A stretch of 32,000 bases of DNA from Candidatus Electrothrix yaqonensis. GTDB lineage: Bacteria; Desulfobacterota; Desulfobulbia; Desulfobulbales; Desulfobulbaceae. Positions 17,940 to 26,820 of this stretch are shown here, piece by piece (the stretch's first letter is position 1; each line of letters starts with the position of its first letter). A model generated the notes under the pieces. It ran no database searches and was not told the origin of the DNA. It saw nothing but the letters and a program-made list of their open reading frames with translations. The position numbers and the translations under genes are program-made. The stretch is from assembly GCA_047651235.1 (NCBI GenBank), contig CP178758.1, positions 2,400,001 to 2,432,000 of the forward strand, written 5' to 3'.

Positions 17940-19000
17940 CAGATTTCCTCGCTGTTTTTTCTGCTCCCGAAGAAACGCCCCGGCGCAGCAGAGACCCTGT
18001 CAAACATCACGTCAACCCTGTCAGCAAACGGTTTTTTCTCTTTTCTTTCAGCAGCCCATCTGTCCAGCACGTCCTCCAGCGGGATGTTTTCCATCATTGC
18101 GGCAGCGCACAGTGCCGCCAGCACAGGATAGGGAATAATATCCAGAGGTCCTTTGTATTCCTTTCTGTGCAGCTGCAGGGGTGTCAGGCAGGAAAGTTTT
18201 TCCAGATGCTCCGGCTTGATGCCGAGATCAATGACCGGGCGTCCGGGCAACTTGATTTTGCGGTGCATTACCCGGCCTGTCTCAGTTGCGTCGTGCAGCA
18301 GATACACAGGCAGAGCGGCATTTTCTGCAAGCAGATTTTTTGCCTTCCGGGAAATGGAGCGCGGATAACCGTTCCGGCAGAACACAAGAGCCTTCTGATC
18401 AGCATGAAACCCGTTCTTCACCAGCAGATCCACCAGAAGCGGACGTTCCGTAATAATGATCCGTTCCACGCCATAGTCAAAGATATCTTTTTCCGGAAAG
18501 TCCAAAGGCGGTTCATCCAACGAGGGCTGCACCAGCATCATATCCGGAACCCCGTTTTCCTCGTGCCATCTTCTGACCATCTTTTTCAGTGCGTCTAAAT
18601 CCGGCGGCATCCGGCGGCGGTATGTTCTGATCAGCCACCAGAGGACCACAACCGGCAGCAGCGTGGCGGGCAGCGCGGCTGGCCATCCGAAAAGGAAAAA
18701 AAGCAGCACCGTCACAGCCGACAGGACAGCACCGGCAGCAGCGAGCCGTACCGAGAGGCGGAAACGACGTTCTTTATCTTTCTGTCTGCACCAGGCGCCG
18801 TACAACTGCGGAAAGGTAAAACAGCAGCGTCCGTTGTCTCCGGCCTGCCGGATAAGACAAAGAAATCTTTCGTCTGTCATGCCGTGTGCGGTCCGGGGAT
18901 GAAAAGTAAACCGATAGCCGCAGCTACAGCGCATCCCGGTTATTTTTTTCTGCTTCTGCTTAATTCCGCATCTGGGGCATCTCATGTGGCTCTCTTTCAC
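17939..19000 (-). CDS. hypothetical membrane protein: N-terminal zinc ribbon, TM hairpin, and a C-terminal domain resembling a Spo11/TopoVI-A/JetD-type Toprim
   Basis: CPRCG-x14-CSCG forms the zinc ribbon. There are two hydrophobic helices (aa ~85-125). The C-terminal pattern is RIIITERP...ALVFCRNGYP...LPVYLLHDATETG. No family name can be assigned without a search. Confidence 0.6.
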   Translation of the reverse strand: MKESHMRCPRCGIKQKQKKITGMRCSCGYRFTFHPRTAHGMTDERFLCLIRQAGDNGRCCFTFPQLYGAWCRQKDKERRFRLSVRLAAAGAVLSAVTVLLFFLFGWPAALPATLLPVVVLWWLIRTYRRRMPPDLDALKKMVRRWHEENGVPDMMLVQPSLDEPPLDFPEKDIFDYGVERIIITERPLLVDLLVKNGFHADQKALVFCRNGYPRSISRKAKNLLAENAALPVYLLHDATETGRVMHRKIKLPGRPVIDLGIKPEHLEKLSCLTPLQLHRKEYKGPLDIIPYPVLAALCAAAMMENIPLEDVLDRWAAERKEKKPFADRVDVMFDRVSAAPGRFFGSRKNSEEI

Positions 19001-19324
19001 TTTTTCGCTTCAGCACATTTCAATATTCAAGATATTCGGTTCGCATTCGGTTGCTGTTCGATTCAGCAACAGGAGACAGCGAGGCTCCAATATAAAAAAT
19101 CTGCGGTAATTGTCCAGCGTTTCGTGAGGATAAAACCGCATACAAAACCGGATTCAATTATTATGTTCCGGTGTACCTGCCGGATGCATCCTGAAACGAT
19201 CTTGTCCGGGGTCTATGTTTTTCTATTTTTCTATGAATCTCTCTGCAATTTGTGTTATATATAGAAATAAATAATTTGGGCACCTGAGTTATGATTGAAT
19301 AAAATATTGATACAAGAGGAAAAG

Positions 19325-19846
19325 ATGTATAAAACCCCGTTGCTTGTAGGTCTGCTGGCTGTAGTCGGTTTTGTCTCACCCTGTAGCGCCCAGACTCCTC
19401 CGCCTCCGCCGAAAGATGTGGATGTGGATATGATGGCGAGGGAATACCGGGATGCTCCTGTCGGTGCAGGCGCGTTGACCAAGGAAATGATCGAGGCGTG
19501 TGTCCGTCTGAAGATTGATCTGGAAAAAGACGATGCCGAGCTGGATGCTCTCAGAGAGAAGGTGAAGAAACTCAATGATGAAGTCAAACATCTCGGAGCA
19601 TACCTGAAGAACAATAAGGGCCAGTTTGATGAGAACGACACCAGTGCGGCCCGTAGGGAGTATCAGGCCAAGGTCAAAGAGTATAATTCCAGAATTCCCC
19701 TGCTCAAGGAACTGACCCAGTCCTATGGAGACATGCTCAAACCGTATAAGGACAAAGAGGGCAAGTTTGAACAGGAGTGCAATAGTCAGCCGTATTACGA
19801 GGATGATTACAAAGAGATAGAGGAAAAGCTGGGCCGCGGCATGTAA
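19325..19846 (+). CDS. secreted coiled-coil protein, paralogue A (unknown family)
   Basis: SD gaggaaaag lies before ATG 19325. The signal peptide is [22 protein letters not shown]. Heptad-like K/E-rich core. Its stop overlaps the dut start (TAATG). It shares blocks with 20361..20879. Confidence 0.65.
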   Translation: MYKTPLLVGLLAVVGFVSPCSAQTPPPPPKDVDVDMMAREYRDAPVGAGALTKEMIEACVRLKIDLEKDDAELDALREKVKKLNDEVKHLGAYLKNNKGQFDENDTSAARREYQAKVKEYNSRIPLLKELTQSYGDMLKPYKDKEGKFEQECNSQPYYEDDYKEIEEKLGRGM

Positions 19847-20322
19847 TGCGGACAGAAATTCAGTCTGCCCAGCAGATAGAAGTTCCTTTCCGCTGGCTTG
19901 ATCCCGGACAATGCCGGGATCTCTCCCTACCCGGTTACACAACTGCGCAGGCTGCGGGTATGGATGCGGCAGCGGCTGTCAGTGAAGATACAATGCTGCA
20001 CCCGGGGGAGATTAAACTGTTCCCGACCGGGTTCGCTGTTGCACTACCGGACGGTTTTGAAATGCAGGTACGCCCCCGGTCCGGACTGGCGGTAAAGCAC
20101 GGAATCACTGTTGTCAATGCACCGGGAACCATTGATGCCGACTATCGGGGAGAGATCAGGATTGCTTTGATCAACCTCGGCAGTTCCCCGTATACTGTCC
20201 GGCGGGGTGACCGTATTGCCCAGCTCGTCTTGGCGCCGGTCTGTCAGGCCCGGCTGCGGCCGGTCGCTGAACTGGAGGAGACCGTGCGGGGCGACGGCGG
20301 CTTCGGGCACACGGGCATGTAG
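19846..20322 (+). CDS. dut: dUTP diphosphatase
   Basis: The dUTPase motifs are present: [30 protein letters not shown] and [10 protein letters not shown]. Confidence 0.95.
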   Translation: MRTEIQSAQQIEVPFRWLDPGQCRDLSLPGYTTAQAAGMDAAAAVSEDTMLHPGEIKLFPTGFAVALPDGFEMQVRPRSGLAVKHGITVVNAPGTIDADYRGEIRIALINLGSSPYTVRRGDRIAQLVLAPVCQARLRPVAELEETVRGDGGFGHTGM

Positions 20323-20360
20323 GTCATTTTTTCGTTTCAAAAAAGATATGGAGTAAACCA

Positions 20361-20879
20361 ATGCGAACAACAACCTTGTCTCTGACTCTGGCGGCGGCTG
20401 TCGCTCTGACTGCTGCACCCTATGCTGCGGAAAAGGCTTCAGCAGAGGGCCTGAGTGCTGACGTCAAAAAGTCGGAACGCACATATCGGAAAATTCCGGC
20501 CGGTGCCGGTGCGCTGACCAAAAGTATGATCGAGTCCTGTATTGCGCTGAAAACCGAGATCGATAATGACTATAAAGAAATAACCGAGCTTAAGCAGCAG
20601 TTTGACGCTCTTGCTGAGGAAGTGAGCAAGCTGGGAAATGAGTTGCAGGCAAATAAAGACAACGTTGGCGGCAGCAGCGAGTCTCTTGTTGAATACAACA
20701 AAAAAGTTGAATCGTACAACAGCAAGATTGAAGAGTTGAAAAAACTGGAACAGGCATACAATACAAACACGACACCGTACCGGAAAAAGGCTGCCAGGCT
20801 GAAGCAGGAATGTGATGGTCAGCCGTATTATGAAGATGACTATGCCGAAGTCGTCAAAAAAGTAGGTCGAGGTCTGTAG
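20361..20879 (+). CDS. secreted coiled-coil protein, paralogue B (unknown family)
   Basis: The signal peptide is MRTTTLSLTLAAAVALTAAPYA. It shares YR..P.GAGALTK.MIE.C..LK and [11 protein letters not shown]...K.GRG[ML] with paralogue A. Confidence 0.65.
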   Translation: MRTTTLSLTLAAAVALTAAPYAAEKASAEGLSADVKKSERTYRKIPAGAGALTKSMIESCIALKTEIDNDYKEITELKQQFDALAEEVSKLGNELQANKDNVGGSSESLVEYNKKVESYNSKIEELKKLEQAYNTNTTPYRKKAARLKQECDGQPYYEDDYAEVVKKVGRGL

Positions 20880-20908
20880 CAGCCTGCAGACTCCTGCAAC
20901 AGCGACCG

Positions 20909-21772
20909 ATGCAGGCCGCCGGTATCATCAGCCTGCTGACTGATTTCGGTCTGACCGATCCCTATGTCGGTCAGCTGAAAGGAGCGATTCTCAGGCGGAA
21001 TCCTGCTGCCCGGCTGGTTGATCTCAGTCATGCGGTCCCTCGGCAGGATATTCTTACAGCAGCATTTTTTCTTCACAGCAGTTACCGTTTTTTCCCGGCT
21101 TGGACTGTCCACCTCGCAGTTGTAGACCCCGGTGTGGGCAGCCGACGGAACATCCTCCTTGCCGTTACAGACGATCATCTTTTCGTCGCCCCGGACAACG
21201 GCATTCTGTCTCTCCTTTTGGCAGAAGGTTCTGCACAAGGACGCAGCAGCAAAATATACAGGGTTGAACAGACAGCTCTGTTCGCCTCCTCAATCAGTTC
21301 AACTTTTCACGGACGGGATATCATGGGGCCGGTAGCGGCTGCCCTTGCCGGAGGGCTGCCTCCGGTCGAAGTCGGTCCGGAGCTTCGGCCCGATGCCTGC
21401 GTGCGTCTGCATCTGCCTGAACCGGTTATCTCTGCAGAAAGCATCACAGGACAGGTACTGCAGATTGATCATTTCGGCAATATCCGCAGTAATATCAGTC
21501 AAGTTGATCTGGACAGATTCTCTTCCGATGTACAGGGTGTACAGTACACACAATGCGTAATCAGCCTGCACGGTCGGGAAATACTGGGTATCAGTATGAC
21601 TTATGCGGACGCGGAACCGGGAAGCCTCATCGCTCTGCTTGACAGCGCCGGTTATCTGGAGATTGCCGTGAATATGAACAGCGCGGCGCAGGTGACCCGC
21701 TGCCGGACCGGTGATCCGGTTACAGTGACGACAGGTGTTGTTCCTCCTCTAAAAAAATTGACAGATAATTGA
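20909..21772 (+). CDS. SAM hydrolase / SAM hydroxide adenosyltransferase family protein (DUF62)
   Basis: LLTDFGLTDPYVGQLKG, VVDPGVGS, APDNGILS and FHGRDI are blocks characteristic of the DUF62/fluorinase-like fold. Confidence 0.85.
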   Translation: MQAAGIISLLTDFGLTDPYVGQLKGAILRRNPAARLVDLSHAVPRQDILTAAFFLHSSYRFFPAWTVHLAVVDPGVGSRRNILLAVTDDHLFVAPDNGILSLLLAEGSAQGRSSKIYRVEQTALFASSISSTFHGRDIMGPVAAALAGGLPPVEVGPELRPDACVRLHLPEPVISAESITGQVLQIDHFGNIRSNISQVDLDRFSSDVQGVQYTQCVISLHGREILGISMTYADAEPGSLIALLDSAGYLEIAVNMNSAAQVTRCRTGDPVTVTTGVVPPLKKLTDN

Positions 21773-21998
21773 GCAGACCAGAAAATACTATAACGCTGAC
21801 GGCCTGAGCGGATGCGGACGAATTTTAAATATTTTTTTTGCAAATACCGCAGCAAAATCATTTGAATGTATAAGTAGCCGCAGTTATGTAAATATAGCGA
21901 CCTGAAAAAAGATTTGCTTTCCGAGGAAAGACGTGATAAAAATTATTATACGCAACTGAAAAATAAATCTAAAAGTTGTACTGAAGGGAGGAGGAACC

Positions 21999-22403
21999 AT
22001 GTATAATTCAACATCACAGAATAGAGTATTCCGCAATCAATACAGTGTCTTTTTTCTGTTTGTATCCGTTACGGTGCTCCTGCTGCCGTTGGCATCCGTA
22101 CAGGCGGCAGCGCAAGGACTCAGCGGAGATAAAGAGCATATTCGAATGCAGGAAGGGGCTGGTCTGCTGAGCGAAGAGATTAGCGGTATAGTGAAAAAGA
22201 TGCCCGGAGTCGCCTGGCCTTACGGTATATGGAAGGTGGGGGGCAGAAAGATCATGGTCACAGAGCAGACCGCACTCAAAGGGGAAACATCCAAGGCCAG
22301 ATTCGGCGAGAAGATTTCAGTCACAGGCAGCCTTATTGACGGTGTTTTTACCGCCCATGAGCTTCAGATCGGAGCGCCCGATCCTATGTACGCTGGAGAT
22401 TAG
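21999..22403 (+). CDS. small secreted protein, possibly DUF5666-like beta-barrel
   Basis: A strong SD (gggaggagg) lies before the ATG. An N-terminal hydrophobic signal ends in VQAAAQG. The C-terminal pattern is WKVGGRKIMVTEQT...GEKISVTGSLIDGVFTAHELQI. The family call is tentative. Confidence 0.5.
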   Translation: MYNSTSQNRVFRNQYSVFFLFVSVTVLLLPLASVQAAAQGLSGDKEHIRMQEGAGLLSEEISGIVKKMPGVAWPYGIWKVGGRKIMVTEQTALKGETSKARFGEKISVTGSLIDGVFTAHELQIGAPDPMYAGD

Positions 22404-22782
22404 TTGCAGAATGAGTTCAACCTCAATGGCTTATCCTTCCGCAACAGACCTGATATTCTGACCGGCGGCAGCAATGGCAGGTTCTTCTGTCACAGTGCTC
22501 TCCAGGACGGGAGCCAAAAGTCCGCCGGTCAAAATATCAAAAGGAGGAAAGCAATACCCCGCTGACAGCAGTTCATTCCCCGTCCTTCAAAAGCATCCTT
22601 CCCTTCTGTCTGCACGCGGACTGTATGCAGCACAACGGAACAGAAAATTCGGCAAGATTGTTTCAGAGTTCATGGCGTGAAATCCGGGATCATTCATTTT
22701 GACCGGTCTCCCAGCCTTTTGTGTATTCCTATGAGTTACGCAGCTGTCAAGCGGGCAGCTGAACCATCTTTTTCCAGACACT

Positions 22783-22890
22783 CTCATCGCTCTGCCTGAC
22801 AGCGCCGGTTATTTAGAGATTGTCGTGAATATGGGCAGTACAGGTGACCCTGTTATAGTGACGGCAGGTTCTCTTCATATTCCTGAATAA
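22783..22890 (+). pseudogene. orphan duplicated 3' end of the DUF62 gene
   Basis: ctcatcgctctgcCtgacagcgccggttatTtAgagattgTcgtgaatatgGgcag... aligns to 21626 onward. It translates as LIALPDSAGYLEIVVNMGSTGDPVIVTAG, compared with LIALLDSAGYLEIAVNMNS...GDPVTVTTG in the intact gene. Internal deletions are present, and both copies are followed by ttgagcaga. Confidence 0.65.
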
Positions 22891-22977
22891 ACGGAAAAGT
22901 TTGAGCAGAGCGCAGAACGGGCAACTGTTATGGAACAGGCTGGAGGCCGGGATACGCCATTTTCCGGCAAAAAAATC

Positions 22978-23007
22978 TTGTATCTTTTTTTAGGATTGAC
23001 CTATAAT
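22978..23007 (+). promoter_or_regulatory. candidate sigma70-type promoter for the cytochrome gene
   Basis: ttgtat (22978-22983), an 18-nt spacer, then tataat (23002-23007), about 80 nt upstream of a strong SD (aaaaaggagg) and ATG 23087. This is a pattern match only. Confidence 0.25.
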
Positions 23008-23086
23008 TCTTCTAAACCAAAGCAGGTATAGGAGTAATAAAAAGAAAGGAGTCTGTTGTGTTAATCTTCATGAAAAAGGAGGAACA

Positions 23087-25003
23087 ATGAAACCCAAAGG
23101 TATTGGATTGGTTCTTGCCCTGACAGCCGGGCTGACCATGGCGCTGACCGCAACTTTTGCACAAGCTGCCGACGAACCGGAAATACTTTCCTTTAAGCCG
23201 TCAAATCTGCAATGGGAAAAAACCAAAGCTGACTTTGTCGCCCCGTCCCCGCAGACCTGCGGGGCCTGCCATCCCAAACAGTATGAGGAATGGCAGGGTT
23301 CCATGCACTCGATCGCCTTTCAGGATCCGATCTATCTGGGGGAACTGAATATGGGCCTCAAGGCTGTGGGTAAAGAAATCACCAAACAGTGCGAGGGCTG
23401 TCATACTGCGGCTGCCGTTGTCTCGGGACATACGGAAGAACTTGATTTCAACAACCTGACCGACCTGGCCAAAGCCGGTGTTTCCTGCGATGTCTGCCAT
23501 TCCATCAAGCAGCATCGTCACTGGGAGACCCCGTCCCATGAGCCGGAAAACGGTTCCTATGTTCTTTCTCCGGGCAGAAACGACGACAACGACCCGAGAG
23601 GGTTTGTCCGGACAAAATACGGTCCCTTCCCTCCATATGAGGGCTGCGGCGGCGGTTTTCATGAATGTATTGAATCTCCTCTGCACCTGACAGCAGAACT
23701 CTGTGCCGGATGCCATCATGTGTACCATTGGTCCGCCCATACGCCGTATGAGTTTACCTATGGTGAGTGGAAGAAGAGTCTGTACGCGCAGAACGGTATT
23801 CAGTGCCAGGACTGCCATATGGTGGACATTGAGACCTTCAAGCGTTCTGCTGATGAATTCATCAAACCGAAACGCAGCGACTACCACCATTACTTCAACG
23901 GTGCCAACTTCCTGATGTATTATCTGGGAGAACTGCAGGCCAAAAAAGCCGGTGACGAAAAACTGGCGGCAAACTATCGGAATAAGTATAAGATGGCTGT
24001 GGAGCGTCTCCAGGCGGCAGCTGAGATTGAAATCGACCCGATGTACAACAAGGATGGTAATCTGTATAAGATCAGGGTTCGGGTCCATAACCGGCGGGCC
24101 GGACACGCCCTGCCGACTTCTCTGACTGCTGTCCGCGAAATGTGGCTTGAAGTCAGAATTACTGACAAGAAGACCGGCAAGGTGTTGATCGAGAGCGGGT
24201 ATATCGATAAAAACGGCGAGCTGGACGGCAATACCCACGTCTTCAACTCCGAAGGTATGGACAATGATCAGGTATTCCAGATTGATCCTTGGGACGTAAT
24301 AGCCTTTGCCAAGCATGACCTCATTCCGCCCAAAGGGTATCGTGATATTTTCTACACGATTCTGTATCCGCCGGGAGAAGGCCATGAGCTGGAGGTTCAT
24401 GCCAAACTTCGTTTCCGCCAGGCCAGCCAGTTTATGGCTGAAAAACTGCTGAGCAATGTGCCGGACGGCATTGATCTCACTGAAATGTACGGTATAACCG
24501 AAGTCCCGACTGTCCCTGTAGTTGATATGACCGAGCAGAATGTGACGGTCAAGAGCACAGGTGAGCCGACCAAGCTACCGACAATTGAAGATAAGCTCAA
24601 AAAGGCCAGTTCGCATATACCGAAATCTCCCCCAAAAGACGCATCTCTTTATGAACAGCTCGGCGGAGAAAAGACGGTTGATGTGGCGGTTGCGCTTTTT
24701 TACAAAAAAGTTCTGGCGGACCCACGGGTCAACGGCTTTTTCAAAGGCATTAATATGCAGCGTCAAATGAGGATGCAGAGGGCATTCCTCACCTTTGCCT
24801 TTGGCGGCCCGAATACCTATTCAGGCAGGGATCTGAGAGCAGCCCATGCCGGTGTTGTGGCAAAAGGTTTGAATGATACCCATTTTGATGTTATTCTTGA
24901 ACATCTTGCAGCCAGCCTGAAAGAACTTGGTGCGACGGACGAGATGATTCAGCAGGCAGCTAAGGTGGCCAACAGTGTGCGGAATGAGGTGCTTAATAAG
25001 TAA
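23087..25003 (+). CDS. periplasmic pentahaem cytochrome c fused to a C-terminal group-I truncated haemoglobin domain
   Basis: The signal peptide ends in TFAQA/ADEP. There are five CxxCH motifs (CGACH, CEGCH, CDVCH, CAGCH, CQDCH). The last 119 aa (from 24644) carry trHb hallmarks: QLGG, FY (Tyr B10), GGPNTYSG and AAH (proximal His). Confidence 0.85.
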   Translation: MKPKGIGLVLALTAGLTMALTATFAQAADEPEILSFKPSNLQWEKTKADFVAPSPQTCGACHPKQYEEWQGSMHSIAFQDPIYLGELNMGLKAVGKEITKQCEGCHTAAAVVSGHTEELDFNNLTDLAKAGVSCDVCHSIKQHRHWETPSHEPENGSYVLSPGRNDDNDPRGFVRTKYGPFPPYEGCGGGFHECIESPLHLTAELCAGCHHVYHWSAHTPYEFTYGEWKKSLYAQNGIQCQDCHMVDIETFKRSADEFIKPKRSDYHHYFNGANFLMYYLGELQAKKAGDEKLAANYRNKYKMAVERLQAAAEIEIDPMYNKDGNLYKIRVRVHNRRAGHALPTSLTAVREMWLEVRITDKKTGKVLIESGYIDKNGELDGNTHVFNSEGMDNDQVFQIDPWDVIAFAKHDLIPPKGYRDIFYTILYPPGEGHELEVHAKLRFRQASQFMAEKLLSNVPDGIDLTEMYGITEVPTVPVVDMTEQNVTVKSTGEPTKLPTIEDKLKKASSHIPKSPPKDASLYEQLGGEKTVDVAVALFYKKVLADPRVNGFFKGINMQRQMRMQRAFLTFAFGGPNTYSGRDLRAAHAGVVAKGLNDTHFDVILEHLAASLKELGATDEMIQQAAKVANSVRNEVLNK

Positions 25004-25042
25004 AGGCTGAGAACTTCGTCATTCATTACGCTGCTGTATCCG

Positions 25043-25077
25043 ATCCGGCATTTCCTTTGGGGATGCCGGATTTTTTT
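25043..25077 (+). terminator. Rho-independent terminator of the cytochrome-trHb gene
   Basis: A perfect 9-bp stem (atccggcat 25043-25051, atgccggat 25063-25071) has an 11-nt loop and is followed by a T7 run to 25077. Confidence 0.7.
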
Positions 25078-25173
25078 ATGTTCTTTGCGCGTACACACGG
25101 AAAAAATTCGCGGAAGGAACCGGAGAGTCGGGCAGCATATCAACAGGAACACGAAGAGAAACGAGGTGAAGCA

Positions 25174-25521
25174 ATGAAAAAAATAGTCCTGTTCGCCTTT
25201 CGCGGCGATCCGATGTGCTTTATCCATGTTCTGCACAACAGTCTGGATATGGCCGACAAGGGGATGGAGGGAAAAATTATTCTGGAAGGAAAATCAGTTA
25301 CTCTGGTGCCGGAAATGAGCAAGCCCGATCATTTCCTGCACAAACTCTATACAAAGGTAAACGAGCAGGGGCTGATCATCGGCGCCTGCCGGGTCTGCTC
25401 CAACAAGCTGGGCGTAACCTCGGCCATGACAACAGAAGATATCCCGCTGATCGGCGATATGGCCGGTCATCCGGCAATGTCGGAATATATCCGTAAGGGC
25501 TATTCAGTTATTACGTTCTGA
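25174..25521 (+). CDS. DsrE/DsrF-like family small protein (116 aa)
   Basis: SD gaggtg lies before ATG 25174. The pattern is MKKIVLFAFRGDPMC...EGKIILEG...ACRVCSNKLG...GHPAMSEYIRKGYSVITF, a DsrE-like alpha/beta fold with conserved Cys. The upstream extension from 25057 would overlap the terminator. Confidence 0.6.
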   Translation: MKKIVLFAFRGDPMCFIHVLHNSLDMADKGMEGKIILEGKSVTLVPEMSKPDHFLHKLYTKVNEQGLIIGACRVCSNKLGVTSAMTTEDIPLIGDMAGHPAMSEYIRKGYSVITF

Positions 25522-25627
25522 CGGCGTCTGCTGCCCCGCCCGATCGGGCTGTCCGGGCGGCTGGGATCCCCGGTCCGGAATATTCGGAACATTTTCTGCC
25601 GACCGCCCGGAAAAGAGATGAAAAGAA

Positions 25628-26437
25628 TTACTGGCCCAGCTCGGCGGAACGTCCGGTTGCCGCTTCAACAGCGGTCATGACGGTTCCCCGCAGCCCGGCT
25701 TCTTCCAGCACCTGAAGACCGGTAATGGTTGTTCCGCCCGGTGAGGTAACCCTTCCTTTAAGCACCGCTGCCGGTTCGTTACTTTCCAGCGCAAGTTTTG
25801 CCGAGCCATACAGGGTCTGGGTTGCCAGCTGCTCGGCCACGGGCCTGGGAAGCCCGGCTAGGACGCCGCCGTCGATCATGGCCTCGAGAAAGGTAAAGAC
25901 ATAGCCCGGCCCGGACCCGCTCAGGCCGGTCACCGCATCCAACAGATTTTCCGGGACCTCCACACAGGTTCCCACTGCAGAAAAAATCTGCTGGGCAATC
26001 TCCATGTCCTCCTGCCGGATATTCTGATTGCCGCTCATGGCAGACGCTCCGGCAAGCACCAGGGCCGGGGTGTTCGGCATTACCCGGATGATATGTATGT
26101 CTTCGCCGAGTCCCTGTTCAAGTAAGGGAAGAGGGATGCCAGCGGCAATGGAAATGACAAGGTGCTCTCGGGTCAGGTGAGCCCTGTACTGCTGCAGAAC
26201 CGGCCGGGTGATCTGAGGCTTGACCGCCAGAATAATCACCCTGCTGTCTGCAGCAAGTTCCTCTGCGGTCTCCACGCTGCTGACCTGATAGGTTGCTGCC
26301 AGATACTCGCGACGCCGATTTATTGGCTCAACAACCGTGATATTTTCCCCGGCTGTCCGGCCTGACTCGATCATGCCCCGAATCAGGGCTTCTCCCATCT
26401 GGCCGCCGCCGACCATGCCTATCCGTATGTTCTTCAT
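25628..26437 (-). CDS. proC: pyrroline-5-carboxylate reductase
   Basis: Contains IGMVGGGQMGEALIRG (Rossmann GxGxxG), VMPNTPALV and the C-terminal SPGGTTI block. Confidence 0.9.
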   Translation of the reverse strand: MKNIRIGMVGGGQMGEALIRGMIESGRTAGENITVVEPINRRREYLAATYQVSSVETAEELAADSRVIILAVKPQITRPVLQQYRAHLTREHLVISIAAGIPLPLLEQGLGEDIHIIRVMPNTPALVLAGASAMSGNQNIRQEDMEIAQQIFSAVGTCVEVPENLLDAVTGLSGSGPGYVFTFLEAMIDGGVLAGLPRPVAEQLATQTLYGSAKLALESNEPAAVLKGRVTSPGGTTITGLQVLEEAGLRGTVMTAVEAATGRSAELGQ

Positions 26438-26820
26438 CGCCTTTTCCTCTTTATCTCTTTATTTTTCGTTCACCGGGAATGTGCACCGGAAAATCATCGG
26501 GTTGCGATACCCCGGCAGTATTTTTTGTCTGTCTGCGTCCAGAGGAACAGTATGCTTTATTTCTGCTTCCGCTTCACGGTTTTCCAGCAGACCAACAATA
26601 CCACTATATACAGAAATATGCAGAAAAATCATCCTGCATTTTGCTGGCTCCTGAAATAATTCTGCAGAAAATTTTGCAGAAAACAGCGGCACCCGGATCT
26701 CCCTCTGTTTTCTGCTCCCTTGAAAATCAACAGGAAAAGGAATATACTTCCACCTGCAATTTCATCGGGCACCGAGAGGCAGAGAACCCTGCCACGCAAT
26801 ATAACTAATCTACAGGATAC

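Noticed and set aside
19050-19070. tRNA T-arm-like hairpin gttgctg-TTCGATT-cagcaac.
   Set aside because: No complementary acceptor 5' strand and no D-arm or anticodon-arm can be drawn in the upstream ~70 nt. It is probably just an inverted repeat in the divergent promoter region.
22996-23007. Perfect TTGACC immediately followed by TATAAT.
   Set aside because: The hexamers are adjacent (0-nt spacer), so they cannot act as a -35/-10 pair. Only the TATAAT, with a weaker upstream ttgtat at 18-nt spacing, was kept as a low-confidence promoter.
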